NCBI RefSeq assembly: GCF_004010195.1
Contig: NC_057724.1
Coordinates: 60,773,687-60,837,686 of the forward strand
DNA length: 64,000 bases
Source of the DNA: Chiloscyllium plagiosum
Lineage: Eukaryota
Direction of reading: 5' to 3'
Part shown: piece after piece, positions 1 through 14,086 of the stretch
Numbering within the stretch: position 1 is the stretch's first letter
Layout: each line of letters opens with the position of its first letter
Translations under genes and position numbers: made by a program
The notes under the pieces: generated by a model
What the model was told of the DNA's origin: nothing
What the model saw: only the letters and a program-made list of their open reading frames with translations
Database searches by the model: none

Positions 1-10
1 GTGCAGGTTT

Positions 11-28
11 TCTCTCTCTCTCTCTCTC
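11..28. repeat. (TC)n microsatellite
   Basis: tctctctctctctctctc seen directly. Confidence 0.9.
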
Positions 29-676
29 CTGCACTGTCCTCACCATGTGCTTCCTTTGTCTGCTCTTCTCCCTTTTAAACTGCTGTTGTTTTGACTTTTT
101 TTTTTCCAAAGTTCCAAAACAATGTAACAGCATATAAAACAGTGATTGCTGCTCCTGGAATTTGAGGAAATCACCTCCAACACCTAAAATACCTCAAAAA
201 AAAGGAGCAGCTCTTACAGCCAGAAAGTTTTCCCGTCCTCCATCTTGGATTACCCAGAATCCTTCCTTACTTTCCTGAAGGCAGTTAACTGTGTCTATGA
301 TATGTTCCAACGGATGTGGAGTATCCTTCAATACTTTTCTTACATGCCCATGTGTAAGGCTGGACTGTAAATGCCAAAAGCATGTTCAAATTCAAAAGGT
401 ATCACTATACATAAATGTCCACACTTTCAGGAAAGATCACCAGACAGTTATCAGGAGCTGGAATTCAGGTTGATTTCGCCCCTCCTGTTTGCAGCACCTC
501 CATGTCCTACAGGTGACAAATTCAGAACGTTCCTGGCCTTAGGGCAGTCAGTGCATTTCACAATGAAACATCAAGCAAAGTGGAAATAAATTGTATTTGG
601 TATCATTATTTCTCCTTGACCATCACCCCCCTTCACTCACAATCTGCGAGTTGTAGATCAAGTAGTCTTCACATAC

Positions 677-799
677 CTGCTTCTTCATATCAGAGACCTC
701 AGCTGATGTCTCATTCCACAATTCGTAGGGAATGTCCATAACAACTTTTACACCTTTATGAACAAGACCATGGAGAGTCTGGAATGTCTCACTCATTCC
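677..799 (-). CDS. CNPY3: CNPY3 (canopy homolog 3) coding exon 4
   Basis: Reverse complement reads ag|GGA ATG AGT GAG...AAG AAG CAG|gtatgt = [41 protein letters not shown], matching vertebrate CNPY3; 123 nt, phase 0/0. Later exons lie off the left edge. Confidence 0.95.
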
Positions 800-974
800 C
801 TTAAGCGGAAAGAAAGAAAATAAAACTTAATAACTCTGCACTCAGTGCCATTTCTCCTCTTTCTTTATTATAAAAGATACATTCCACCATTGTTTGTAGC
901 TTATTGCTTACTTTACAGTACCACACATTATTCTGATCTCCTGGCCACCTCTCCCAAATCAAAATCAGTAAATT

Positions 975-1592
975 GGTCAGCAGGAAGACGAATGAAATGT
1001 TGGCCCTTATTTCAAGAGGTAGGAATATAAGAGTAGGGAAGTCTTACTGCAACTGTACAAGGTGCTGGCGAGACCACATCTAGAGTACTGCAATAATTCA
1101 TTGGAAGCAATTCAGGGAAGGTTCACTGGGATGGTCCCTGTTGTCTTATCAGCAATGATTAAACAGTTTGGGACTCTACTCACTGAGGTTTAGAAGAATA
1201 AGAGGTGATCTCATTAAACATATAGGATTCTTAAGGGATTTGACAGGGTAAATGCAGAGAGAATAATTCCCCACATTGGAGAATCCACAACCAGAGGCCA
1301 TAGCTTCAAAATAAAGGGGCACCAGTTTAATACTGAGATGAGAAGGAACTACTTCTCTTAGAGGGTTGAGTGTCTTTGGAACTCTTTGCCACAGAGACCT
1401 GTGGGCAGAGTTCTTGTGTATAGTTAAGGCTGAGATAGATTCCTGATCAGTAGGAGAATCAAGGATGACGGGGAAAGGACAGGAAAATGGATGCGAGGAG
1501 TATGGGATCAGCCATGATCCTACTCAATGGCATAGCAGGACTCAAGGGGCCAAACGGCCTACTCCTGTTCCTGTTTCTTGTCGTCTATGGTC
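975..1592 (+). mobile_element. CR1 LINE 3' fragment
   Basis: Degenerate LLQLYKVL.RPHLEYC / RGDLIKTY / WNSLP coding remnants followed by a CR1-type tail. Confidence 0.8.
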
Positions 1593-2614
1593 TTTTTCAG
1601 TGACTCACTTTTTCCGTACTTAAAAGGAAATTTTTAATTTACAGGATAAAAGAGGGACCTTGTATTACTGGGTGCTCCACATAACATTCAGATTGGTTGC
1701 TCTGAAGATATGATTTATCTCACTGGCAGTAATGGATCACTTTGCGACAATGACCCAGTAATGATCCCTAAATCTGTTAAGTGATGCAACTGTCTGGTTT
1801 TTCAGCCTTAAAAGAATGTAAAGACAAGGAGATCTTTAATGGCCTGAACTTTGCATGGTAATGATTGAGTACACACTATCATTACTCAAGGGCCGATACA
1901 ACAATCTGAGAAATCCACATCCACACAGAATAACCCAAAAATTCAGAAGTCATTGGCAGTAATTTTATCATTAAGATGATGCACTGTTAAGTCCAGAGAT
2001 GGCAATTAATGAGAAATCACCGAACTGGCAATAACTTCCATTAGTCCCACTGCAAAATCCTTTGAAAAAAGTTACACCTTGTTGAATAAAATAGCAATCA
2101 ACTAATTTTATAATTACTGCAAAACATCCTCGCTGGCCCAGAAAAGCAGATTTTAAATTTGTGTAATGCAAAAGGTTGCAGTTCCACTCCTGTAAGGTCA
2201 TTGAGAAGAATCTGTTGATGTTAGACATCTTGTTCTCAATCTGTTCCCCTACTACCATCCTCCTGGGCATGTCCAGATTCATGCATGGGCAGAAACGACT
2301 TCTGCCTTTATCAAAAAGTATGAACTTTCCTCACGCTGCTGTATTCTAAAAATGTGCATGCGTGCATTGGTAATACAATCATGAGATCTGACGTGAAGCC
2401 TCTTTAGGCAAGTTCAAAGAGTTAAAGGGATGTACAGCACAGAAACAGACCCTTCAGTCCAACTCACCCATACTGACTAGATATTCTAAATTAATCTCAT
2501 CCCATTTGCCAGCATTTGGCCCATATCCTATTCATATACCCATCCAGATATCTTTTAAATGTTTAAGTGCCTCCATCATCTCCTCTAGCAGTTTGTTCCA
2601 TACATACTTACTGA

Positions 2615-3170
2615 TGTTATTTAAATAGATTAATTAATCAGATCAAAACTATAGTTAAGTAATATCACAACCACTTCCTACCTGGGCACTTTAATTCTTT
2701 CATTGTTTTCAGACAAGAAAATATTGAACTTTAACAATCCAGTCTATAATTCATCTTGTCACGGTCTTGAGCAGATTTCAACCTTAGCGAATGAACCAAA
2801 CAATCCAAAAGTATGTATTTCACTGATTGTTTGTAGGACACAGTAATGGATCTGAAAGGGTTAATCTCAGCTAAGTAAAAACTCTGCTGTTTCATGTGTA
2901 ACCCAGCAATTGGGTGAAGCATTGGGCAGTTTGGCAATATGAGAGCTCAGGGAGGCAGCAACTGGAGTCTATCCCAGTCTTGTCACAGAGTCATGTGTCT
3001 TACCAACCCCTTGTTAGGAATAGAACATTGTTAATGTGACTTGTATATATTTTGAGATTAATAAACTACATCTTGTTATCTAAGACAACAGCCTTTTGAT
3101 TGAGAATTATTTGTGAGCTATCCTTCCCTACAGACTACAGGGAGTCTGTGCTTATTGCTGTCCCATTTAA
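2615..3170 (+). mobile_element. Possible solo LTR
   Basis: Bounded by TGTTA...TAACA, internal AATAAA near 3060; no clear TSD. Confidence 0.3.
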
Positions 3171-4071
3171 CAATGTTTCAATTTAATGTCACTAAGTTAT
3201 TGGGGCCTGAAATCCTGTTAAAGATCCGGTCCGAGATTCCTTTGAGTGTTGTTTACCACATACCTAGCCACCCCGATTGGTGCTATTCTAATTTGAGGTT
3301 GCTTCCAATGCCCAGACCTACAGTGCCTACTACACAGAGCCCCTACTAACCTGTCACCAGGCAGACTGACACTGAAGCAGTCGTCCTCTCTGACTGTGCT
3401 GCAGATGCCATCTATCACCATTCCCTCATACATCCTCCAGGACCTTCACAGGCCACTGCAAGAACTCCCACACCCAAGGCTGCTACCCCTAAGAGAGGGG
3501 AGGAAAAGTTACCGAGAACAACAGAGATCAACATGCCATCAGCCAGAGAGTGGGAGATGGAGGGGGGTGGGGTTGGCACAGGGGTGCACAGGCCCTGCAA
3601 TCACCTCAGTGCCCCAACTGTACCCTGGACTGAGGGGAACCTGGAGGCGGTAGTGACTAGCAAAACAGGGTGCTGCAGACCCCTAAGTGGGTCAAAACAG
3701 TGAACTGATGCATTCCCAATAGGTGGCTCAGAGCACAATAAGCTCTATATCAAATTACTGACATTCTCTGCCCAACACCACAGGAGGGACATCAGCACCA
3801 AAACTTGTTCCTTTAGAAGGTAGCGCCACCAGCTTCTCAAGGCAACTAGAGGTAGGCAATAAATGTTCTTCCAGCCACGTCATCCAAATTCCAAGAACAA
3901 AAGACAAAGTCAATGATGAGCTGTGACTGAGTACATTTCAGTCACTTTGTCACAAGCAAACATCCTTCAACATGAATGCCACTATATATCAAACACAAGG
4001 TCCAGAATGGCACCAAGCAAAATGTGGAATAAAACGTCTCTTCATCGAAGGACAGACTCAGTAGCACTTAC

Positions 4072-4168
4072 CTTGGCAAAGCGATTACTCCCACTTCGCT
4101 CCTTATGTAAATTATATTCCAGCAATCGATTACAAATGTTTTCAGTTACTTCAATCAACCGGATGTCA
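4072..4168 (-). CDS. CNPY3: CNPY3 coding exon 3
   Basis: aag|T GAC ATC CGG...GCC AAG|gtaagt = (S)[32 protein letters not shown]; 97 nt; phases fit the neighbouring exons. Confidence 0.95.
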
Positions 4169-5169
4169 CTTTGAGAAAATAAAATGCATACATTGTTAAC
4201 AAGAAATCTTTTTGTTATATTAGAGTACTTTACTTTCTGACTCCAAAGTAATGAACCTAGCCTTTTGCTATACTAAATATAAACAAACTGTAGGTGATGA
4301 ATTGGAGATGCTGGTTTGTAAAGGTGCACTTCTGTAAATAAATGCTTCTAAAAGTGTATAAAAATTAGCTCTAGTTTTATCCTTCATCACCTGACTTATA
4401 GAATTATAACAACTACATCTCCTCATGGTTTTAAAGTTTTCACCTTCACTTTCAAATTGCCCCATAGTCTCACTCCACCCATCACAAATATCTCCTTTGG
4501 TATTACATACTCATATACCTTATTCTGTTGATATCAAGGTATTCTTGGTCTTCCAATCTCCACCAATAAAAGGTTGTGTATTCATGCACTGCAGTTCCAT
4601 TGTTTAAACATTTCTCAGTAACTCTCTTCTTCCCTTCCCCTCAAAAAACTGACCAGAAGTATTTTCTCCAAAGGTGCACTCAAATCCTCATTCTCTTTAT
4701 TCCTCCCATTCTTCCCCACTACTTTTACATTAGTTTCTTCTTTCACTTATTATATAAACCCTACAAATACAATCTATGTTTGCTAGTTCTGGACAAAATT
4801 ATCCAATTCTGTAGAATCCTAAACAAAGTTATTATTACCTCTCTTCTTCCAATGAGAACATGCCAATTCACATAATTGTTCCACATAATCAAATCCTTGT
4901 GATCTCTCAAATCACTCTAGTTTCCTCTCAGTTGCTAGTGTCATGTTATTTTTCTATCGTACGTAATGGTAGGTTTCCCATATTTTCTCCTGTCAGCAAT
5001 TTACTGGAGTCAAGGTTAACCTGTTAAACCTACGCTGTATTAATTCAACCACTGTAGAGGCCCTTGATGCATAATTTGCTCCCTATGAAGAAAGACTAGT
5101 TTTAGATACTTCAGTTTAGAAAATAACACAAGAAAACTATTGGGGAAATTATCCAAAACTCTCCACCAG

Positions 5170-6730
5170 TCCATATAGCACATAAAACAGTACACCACAG
5201 GATCAGTCCACCCTGTCTGTGCTGACCATGTTGCCATTCTAAATCTCATTTGCCTTTATATGATCCATATCTCTATTCTCTGCCTGTTCACCTGTCTCTC
5301 TCTAAATGCCTCTTGAACATTGATAAAGTATCTGCTGCTACCACCCTCTGGGTGAAAAACTTGCCTCATATATCTCCTTTAAACTCTTCCCCTCCCACTG
5401 TAAACTTTTGCCGCCTATTATGTGACATTTCCACCCAAGAAATTCACCGACAATTCACTATCCAAGCCTCTCATAAACGTTCATATTGCTATCAGGTCAC
5501 GCCTCAGTCTCTGACACTTTAGCAAAAACAATCCAAGTTTGTCCAACCTCTCCTCATAGATAATACACTCTGATCCAGGCAACATCCCGGTAAACTTCTT
5601 TTGCACCCTTTCCAAAGCTTCCGCATCCTTACATTAAATTTGGCCGAACTAAAGTTTTATACAGCTGCAACATATTTACGAACTTTGACATTTAGTGCCC
5701 TAACCAATGAAAGCAAACATGCCATATGCCTTCTTTACCACCTTATCCACTTCTGTTGCCACTTGCAGGGAGCTATGGAGTTGCACCTCAAGATTCCTCC
5801 CTATGTCAGTGCTCCGAAAGGTCCTGCATTTACGGTATACCTTCCTCTTCCAGTTCACCTCCTCGAATGCATCAACTTACACTCATCCAGATTGAAATCC
5901 ATTTCTCCGTCCAATTTTCCAACTGACCTATAACCTGCTATATCCTTTGACAATCTTCTTCACTATCCATAATGTGTTGTCTGCAAACTTACTAATCAGA
6001 TCACCCACATTTTCATCCCAATAATTTATTTATACTACAAACAAAACAGGTCTCAGCACGAATCCCTATGGGACACCATGGTCACAGATCCACAGTCAGA
6101 AAAATACCCCCCCACCCCTCGGTCTTCTATGACCAAGCCAATTTTGTTTCCAACTTGCCAACTCACCATGGATCCCATCGGAGTTAAACTCCCATACCAG
6201 CCTACCATAGGCACCTTGTCAAATGTTTTAGTGAAGCCCATGTAGACAACATCCACTGCTCTACCCACATCAATTATATTCATTCCTTAAAACACTCAAT
6301 CAAATTTGTGAGACAAGGCCTCCCTGTACAAAGGGGGCGGTACAGTGGCTCAGTGGTTAGCACTGGTGTCTCACAGCACCAGGGCCCCAGGTTTGATTCC
6401 AGCCTCGGGTGATGTCTATGTGGAGTTTGCACATTCTCCCAGTATCTGTGTGGGTTTCCTCCAGGTGCTCCTGTTTCCTCCCACAGTCCAAAGAAGTGCA
6501 GATCAGGTGAATTGGCCATTCTAAATTGTCCATAGGTGCATTAGTCAGAGGGAAAGGGTCTGGGTGGGTTACTCTCCGGAGGGTCGGTGTGGACTGGTTG
6601 GGCCGAAGGGCCTGTTCCCACACTGTGGGTCATCTAATCTAAAGCTGTGCCGACTATCCATAATAAGTGCATTATTCTCCAAGTGTGAGAAGATCCTGCT
6701 CCGAAGAATCTTCTCCCATAATTTCCCCAT
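5170..6730 (-). mobile_element. CR1 LINE 3' part interrupted by a SINE
   Basis: Minus-strand RT remnants (AVDVVYMGFTKTFDKVP, ORF 6053-6283) and CR1 3' end near 5170; resumes after the SINE at about 6641. Confidence 0.85.
6334..6640 (+). mobile_element. HE1-type (V-SINE) tRNA-derived SINE inserted in CR1
   Basis: tRNA-like head GTGGCTCAGTGGTTAGCACTG, V-domain TGTGGAGTTTGCACATTCTCC...GGGTTTCCTCC, tail GGGCCGAAGGGCCTG and ATCTA repeat. Confidence 0.9.
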
Positions 6731-7559
6731 CATTAATTGAAACATTGCCCTTTTAAAAACGGTCAGCTAGCTTTTACTTTCTTACCAGTGAAAAGGTGAA
6801 TTTTCTGTTTCTCAAAGTAAAGATTATGAGTCAGTGCTTGGCAATGTCCTTACACCCAGTATGAATACCTACATCAGGTTCCAACCAGGTCAGATCCAAC
6901 AGAACCAAATACAGATCAAAGTAAATTCTACTTTCCTGCAACATGTTCAAACTCCCATTTCAGAATCTCATCCCTGGTTGTTCCAAAATAACAATCACAC
7001 TTCCCAAACACTGATCATTTCTACAGTTTTCTGAACACAATTGAAAATTGAAAGGTAATTTGATGCAATGAGCTTCTGTCAATTAAAGATATAGTTGAAG
7101 TTGTGCCAAATTTAAGTCTTCATTGGACAGGCATATGGATGTAAATGGAATAGTGTAGATGGATGGGCTTCAGCTTAGTAAGACAGGGCGGCGCAACATC
7201 GAGGACCGAAGGGCCTGTACTGCGTTGTTATGTTCTATGTAAATTAATTTAAAGGAAATTTCAGCCAGCAGATAAAGGAGATTTTCTAAATTCTCTCCTT
7301 CTCAGACTGGAGTTTGAATTCAGCCAGAAACAAAGAACAGTAATCTGCCTTCTACATCAACCAATCTTCGCCATGATATGAATGGACGCGACTGTATTTG
7401 CTAACAACAAATTTGAAATGTCTTCGGATGAAGCCTAGCAGCAGATTATCCAATTGTGTTTTTAGCAAGTCCAGAAAGAAAACTAAATCCCTCTTATTCT
7501 GATGAAGTACAAACACCAGTATCCCTCAAAAAAAAGTGAACTTGCAGGAAATTGCTTAC

Positions 7560-7683
7560 GAGTGCCTGTATTTTATTTTCGATCTCTTTCCTTCCAGAAA
7601 GCCGTATTTGGTATCAATCACCTCATTGGTTTTTCCTGTTTCTTCAAAAGCCAATTTCAATTCCACAGCAAGGTATTTGCACA
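7560..7683 (-). CDS. CNPY3: CNPY3 coding exon 2
   Basis: ttag|TG TGC AAA TAC...CAC TC|gtaagc = (V)[40 protein letters not shown](S); 124 nt, phase 1/2. Confidence 0.95.
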
Positions 7684-8457
7684 CTAAAGAGTGTAAAAAA
7701 AGATATCAAAAGAAAGAATAATTAAAAATGCAGACTCTGTTATTACGTTAGAGAAGGAACACTGTATGTGACATTCTTTGAGCTGAGCTGGATTGATCAC
7801 ATAGCCAGATTGCATGATCCATGCTTACCAACATTAATCATGAAGAGAGAGCTCGAATCTGGGGTGTGCTGTTACAATTCTCAAGGATAGTGCTACAAAA
7901 ACACTCTGAAAGCTGTGTTTAGTTTTGAAACCAACCACGGAGCCCTGGAAGCAGCTGGATTACTGCACTTGATACAAATAAAATAGGCTGCAGCCTCCTT
8001 TGAAAGCAAGTGCACCAAGTCATAGAGGGGAATTGCACGTCGAGGAAATTCCAAGCCAGTTGGAAAACTCTATTGTCTTGCCATTCTGTCCTGTTTGCAG
8101 CAATATCTTCAGGACTTAGATCAGTATTAACAATCATCTCCTGGAACCATAGCAAACACCCCAGGTGACCAACATGGTCAGTTGAAAGGGTGAACAACAT
8201 TATTCAATTTATTGTGGATCCAAAAGCCATGTAACTGACCCAAAGATATATTGCAGTGAAAGGAATTCTGACATACAAAAGAAAAAAAAAGTGTTCTAAA
8301 TATTTCACAATCGATTCAAGCGTGAAAATCTCCTAAATATTTTGTAAATAGACATTTAATGAGAATGTAAGTAAACTGTTGACAAGAGAGTTATAAAACT
8401 ATTCAATTTGGTATTTAAATCCTTTTGGCCATCTTGATTACATAGATTGGCCATTTC

Positions 8458-9400
8458 TAGAGTCAAAAAGGTACAGCATGGAAACAGGCCCTTTGGTAAA
8501 ACTAGTCCATGCCATCCACGTTTCCCGAATCTGAACTAGTTCTACTTGCCTGCAATTGGGCCATATCCCTCTAAAACCTTCCTACCCATTAACCTGTCCT
8601 AATATATTTAAATGTTGTAAGTGTATTTACCTTTACCACTGCCTATAGCAGTTCATTCCACATAGGCACCACTCTCTGTGTGAAAATGTTGCCCTGCAGG
8701 TCCTTTTATATCTTACTCTCTCACCTTAAACTTATGCCCTCTAGTTTTAGCCCTCAGGAAAAAACCTTGGTTATTCACCTTATCTATGCCTCCTCATGAT
8801 GGTATAAGCCTCTACAAAGTCATCCCCCAGCCTCCTACGCCCCAGGAAAATCAGTCCCAGGCTATCCAGCCTCTCCTTATAACACAAACCTTCCAGTCTC
8901 GGTAAGATCCTTGTAAATCTTTTCGACATACTATCTAGTTTAATAATATCCTTCCTATAGGAGAGCAACTAGAATTGTGTGCCAATTGTGGCCTTATCAT
9001 TGTCTTGTGCAACTGTATCATGACATCCCATCTGCTGTATTTAAAGCTCTGACCAATGAACACAAGCAGGAAGACCAGAGCAAGCCAGGCAGCATCAAGA
9101 GATGGAGAAGTCAATATTTCATGTATAATGCTTCTTCAGGGCCAACAAGCATGCCAAACATCTCCTCACCATCCTGTCTACTTGTGATGCCACTTTTAAA
9201 GAACAATGTACCTGCACCCCTAGATCTCTCTGTTCAACAACATTCCCAAGGTCCCTGCCACTAACTGTGTAAGTCCTGCCCTGGTCTGTCTTACCAAAAA
9301 TGCAACATCTTGCATTCTTTGGAATTAAACTTCATTGGCCAATCCTCGGCCCAGTGGCCCAGTTGATCAAGATCCCATTGTACTCTTAGATAACCTTCTC
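8458..9400 (-). mobile_element. CR1 LINE 3' fragment with a small PLE-derived insert (about 9065-9140)
   Basis: ORF 8780-8968 KRFTRILPRLEGLCYKERL...; the insert resembles the GCAGCATC/CTTCTTCAGG PLE terminal repeat. Confidence 0.8.
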
Positions 9401-10239
9401 CAACATGAGGCGCCCCACATGAAACACTGACTTATCTCTCTCTTTCAAATAGCTTAAGAACAAAATGTTGACAGTGATCTTGTTTTATAATAGTGCAGTG
9501 ATCACAGTACTGTGCTCAAATGAGTGATTTTAATGCTGTTATTCAATTATGAAGATGGATTGAAGGAGGTATGAGTGTTCCCATTGGAAAGAAGGTGGCT
9601 GACAGGAGATTTGATAAAGGTTTTCAAAATCATGACCAGGTTGGATAAAGTCGTTATGGAGAAGCTGTTCCTGCTCATAAAAGAAAAAAAATGAGAGAGC
9701 ATAGACTTAAAGTAATGTGCAAACAAAACAAGGGTGATGTGACAAAAAAACTGTTTTCATACAGTCAGTAGCTACAGTATGGAATACACTGCCTGGAAAT
9801 GCGGTGGAAGAAGGTTCAACTGAGGCATTAAAGAGAGCAGTGGATGATTATTTGGATGGAAATGGTGTGTAGGGGTATGGGATCACCACTAGGTAATAGA
9901 AGCAGTGCAGGCACAATGAGCCAAATGGCCTTCCTCTGTGCCAGAACAATGCTACGGTTTGTTTTGCCACATTGGCTTTTATCAAGTACCCCAAGTATTC
10001 ACTGATACATGTGCAGAGCAAAACCTTTTCAAAGCAACCTTAACAAAACACCTTAATTCAAATCTTAAAACAGCACTATGCTATCAGTTTAATATTTCTA
10101 TGCACCATGAAGTCACCTTAGAAAGACTGACAATTTTAAATAGTCATTTGGTAGTAGAGAACTTGAGTATTGCTGAAAAAAAAACATTTTGTTGAAGCTT
10201 TTCATATTGCACTCAACAGAACAATTCACAAGTATCAAA

Positions 10240-11175
10240 GAGATTAGTGCTGGCCCTGAAATTATTTCTTAATATACATTAATAACTTGGATGCGAATGT
10301 ACTATACCCAAGCTTGTAGGCCATACAAAAATAGGTGCAAAGGCAACTACTAAGGACAACACAATGAGTCCAAAGACGTATGTGGACAGGTTAAGTGAGT
10401 GGATAAAAATGTGTGGGGAAATATGAAGTTATGCACTTTGGCAGAAGAGGTGAATATTATTTAAATGGGGAAAGTCTGCAGAAAGGTATAGAACAGAGGG
10501 ACTTGGGAGCCCTTGTTTATGAATCACAAAAATTGAGTATCCAACTACAGTAACTAATAGAGAAGGCATTTGATTGTTGGCCTCTACTTCAAAGGGAATG
10601 GAGTGTAAAAAGAGAGACCTCTTGCTAAAACAGTACAAAGCCCTAGTCAGACCACAGCTGGAATACTGGCAACAGTGTTAGCCCTATTTTCTAAGGGAAG
10701 ATATACTGGCTTTGAAGACAATCCAGTGAAGGCTCGCTTGACTGATTCTAGGTATAGAGGGATTTTCTTAAGAAGAAAGACTAAGTATGTTGGGTTTGTA
10801 ATCATGAAAGTTTTAAAAAATGAAAATTGATATTACTGAAATGAATAAGATTCTTTGGAGGCTTGACAGAGTCGTTTGTTTCCTCTTTGGTATCTGGGAC
10901 CAAACAGCATAAACTCAGAGTAAGGTGTCACCCATTTAAGACAGAGGTGAGTCTTGCTAGTGAATCTATGGAATTCTTTGTAGCACAGGACCTGACTCAT
11001 TAAGTATATTCAACACTGACACAGACAGATTTTCAATCATTACAGGAATCAAAGATTTTGGAGATAACGCAGGAAAGTGGAGTTGAAGATTATCAGATAA
11101 ACCATGATCTCATTGAATGGTGGAGCAGACATGAAGGGCTGAATGACCTACTTACATTCCTATATCTTCATGTCT
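10240..11175 (+). mobile_element. Old CR1 LINE 3' fragment
   Basis: Degenerate RT C-terminal remnants (LVRPQLEY) and CR1-type tail. Confidence 0.7.
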
Positions 11176-11296
11176 AAATAGGAAAACAACATTAAATGCT
11201 GTGGGAGAGAAGAAGTGTGAATATGTTTCGATTAAATGTGTTTTTCTCAAGTAATGCCGACACTTTTGTTAATTTGAAATAAACTCCCAACCACCT

Positions 11297-12250
11297 TCTG
11301 TTTGTCATTTTTATAAATGACTTAGACACAGGCATAGGCGGACGGGTTAGTAAGTTTGCAGATGACATTAGAGTCGATGGAGTAGCGGACAGTGTGGAAA
11401 AATGTTGCAAGTTGCAGGGGGACTTTGATAAACTGCAGAATTGGGCTGAGAGGTGGCAAATGGAGTTCAATACAGCTAAATGTGAGGTGATTCATTTTGG
11501 CAAGAATAACAGGAAGGCAGAGTAGTGGGTCAATGGAAAGATTCCTGGTAGTGTGGCTGTGCAGAGGGATCTTGAAGTTCATGTCCATAGATCCCTGAAA
11601 GTTGCCACCCAGGTTGATAGTGCTGTTAAGAGGGCATACGGTGTATTAGGTTTCATTGGTACAGGGATTGAGTTCCGGAGCCGCAAGGTCATGCTGCAAC
11701 TGTACAAAATGCTAGTGCGGTCGCATTTGGAATATTGTGTACAGTTCTGGTCGCCCCATTACAGGAAGGATGTGGAAGCATTGGAAAAGGCAGAGGAGGT
11801 TTACCAGGATGTTCCCTGGTCTGGAGGGAAGCTCTTATGAGGAAAGACTGAGAGACTTGGGTCTGTTCTCATTGGAAAGAAGGAGGTTAGGAGGGGATTT
11901 GATAGAGACATACAAGATGACCAGGGGGTTATATAGGGTAGACAGTGAAAGCCTTTTTCTGAGGATGATGATGTCAGCTTGTACTAGGGGGCATAACTTT
12001 AAACTGAGGGGTGATAGATTTAAGACAGATGTCAGAGGCAGGTTCTTTACTCAGAGAGTGGTAAGGGCATGGAATGCCCTACCTGCTAATGTAATCAACT
12101 CAGCCACATTAAGGAGATTTAAACAATCCTTGGGTAAGCACATGGATGATGATGGGATAGTGTAGGGGGATGAGCTCAGAATAGTTCACAGGGTGGTGCA
12201 ACATTGAAGGCTGAAGGGCCTGTTCTGCGCTGTATTGTTCTATATTCTAT
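11297..12250 (+). mobile_element. CR1/HER1-type LINE 3' fragment
   Basis: LFVIFINDLD..SKFADD remnants; ORFs 11553-11840 and 11737-12165 (LEYCVQFWSPHYRKD, WNALP). Confidence 0.9.
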
Positions 12251-12469
12251 CGTTGCTTTGCTTATCAGTTAATGAATACAATTGGTTCTGACTTTTTCCT
12301 GAAACGGAATGAAATGCAAGAAATGACAATGCTGTCCCTTTCTTCAATTTTTGTCCCAAAACAGGAACAATTGAATTTGGATTCAGTTTGAAACAAGCAG
12401 AAAACAAAAGAAACTTTAGATGTTATTAACCTACAGATACAATTTATAAGCATGTTACTGAGACTTTGG

Positions 12470-12900
12470 GTTTGAGTTATAAGGAGGGGCTGAATAGGCT
12501 GGTACTACTTCTTCCCTGGAACATAGGAGGCTAAGGGGTGACTGTAAACAGATTTATAAAATCATGAGAGGTATAGATAAGGTGAATAACCAAGGTCATT
12601 TCCTCAGAGTAGGGGAGTCCAAAATGAGTGGATGTGCAGTTAAGATGAGAGAAGGAAGATTTAAAAGGGACCGGAGGGTAACTTTTTCCACACAGGTGGT
12701 GCATATATGGAACGAACTGCTAGAGGAAGTGGTAGAGGTGAATAATATTACAACATCTAAAAGACACTTGGACAGGTACATGAATAGGAAGGGTTTAGAG
12801 GGATATGGGACAAAAGCAGACAAATGGGACTAGTTCAGTTGAGGAAATCTGGCTGGCATGGACAAGTTAGACCTATTTCTGTGCCGTATGACTATGATTC
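12470..12900 (+). mobile_element. CR1 LINE 3' end
   Basis: ORF 12564-12833 (IMRGIDKV...WNELLEEVVE) and GACTAT-type tail repeats. Confidence 0.85.
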
Positions 12901-14058
12901 TATTATAATTGCTTAGCGACGTACTATTTTACAACTTGAAAGATAATAGCCAAAAGTATGAGTGAGAGGTCAAACAGCAACAAGTGACACAGAGGATTGC
13001 ACACTCAGTGAGCCTATCACTGATCACAAAACATGCATATTTGATGTGACTAAATCAATCTAATAGCATATCATAGTGAAATACATATGCCTTGGCCAAA
13101 AAGATTTGACAGTAAAATTACAATATAAACTGACTCTTTAACAAGGTATGTCCAGCTGGGGTACAGAACTCACCTCCCCACACACCACCCACTCCCTCCC
13201 GCACACAAAAACAAACTTTTCGAAATCCTTTGTTATCAACTACAAATGTCAATATGTAGCACATACAAGATCACAAGACATGGCACAGATGGGCAAGTCA
13301 AAAATGTACATCAAGATCAAGAAAGTAATTGAGTGAGTGGAAAAACGAGCAGAGCAATGGGAAAGAGGGAATGTACAAAACGTCAGAGGGTTGGGTCGGG
13401 CAGCAGACAGAGAAAGGAGTGTGGCCAAGGAAGGTTTGATGTAAAATAAAGATTGCTGGACTCTCATATTAATATTGAAAATTGATCATTTCCACATTAA
13501 TATAACATTCCAATTTCCGATTTCAGAACCTTTCTGATTTCAGCAAGCCAGCTGATTTGCACAGAATTACAAGCTGCTTGTATTGAATCTTCCAATGCAC
13601 TATGAACTAAGATAAATAAATGAAAAAAAATTCACATTTTTATTCCAAAAATGCAATTTCAGGATGTCAGGACAAATATTTATTGCTCATCCTGAGTTGC
13701 CCTTAAGAAGTTGATGTTGAGACATCTTGTTGAACTATTGCAGTCTGTGTGGGAAAGACACTCCCATCATGCTGTTTGCTAGCCAATTCCAGCATGTTGA
13801 CCCAACATTAACGAAGGGACAGCAGCAGACATCCAGGTCAGGATGATGTTTGTGACTTGGAAGAGAACTTGGGGGTGATGGTGCCTTTACCCTGTTATAT
13901 TGAAGAGATCATAGTTTTGAGATGCTGCTGAAAATCCTTGGCCAGTTACGTCAGGGAGTTCTATAAAGTGTTCTTAACATTGCCACAGTGCACAGTTCTG
14001 CAACAGTGGTGCTGGAAGAGAACAGCAATTCAGGCAGCATCCAACGAGCAGCGAAATC

Positions 14059-14086
14059 GACGTTTCGGGCAAAAGCCCTTCATCAG
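14059..14086 (-). ncRNA. Minimal hammerhead ribozyme motif (PLE terminal repeat)
   Basis: Reverse complement CUGAUGA-A-GGGC-UUUU-GCCC-GAAACGUC. Confidence 0.7.

Noticed and set aside
6781-6860. Donor-like CTG|GTAAG on the minus strand in CNPY3 intron 2
   Set aside because: Upstream frames match neither CNPY3 nor ATG4A, and CNPY3 exons 2-3 already join in phase.
10195-10230. Possible further hammerhead motif on the minus strand (CUGUUGA-GUGCAAUAU-GAAAAGCUUC)
   Set aside because: Core is mutated and stem II is weak; too degenerate to call.
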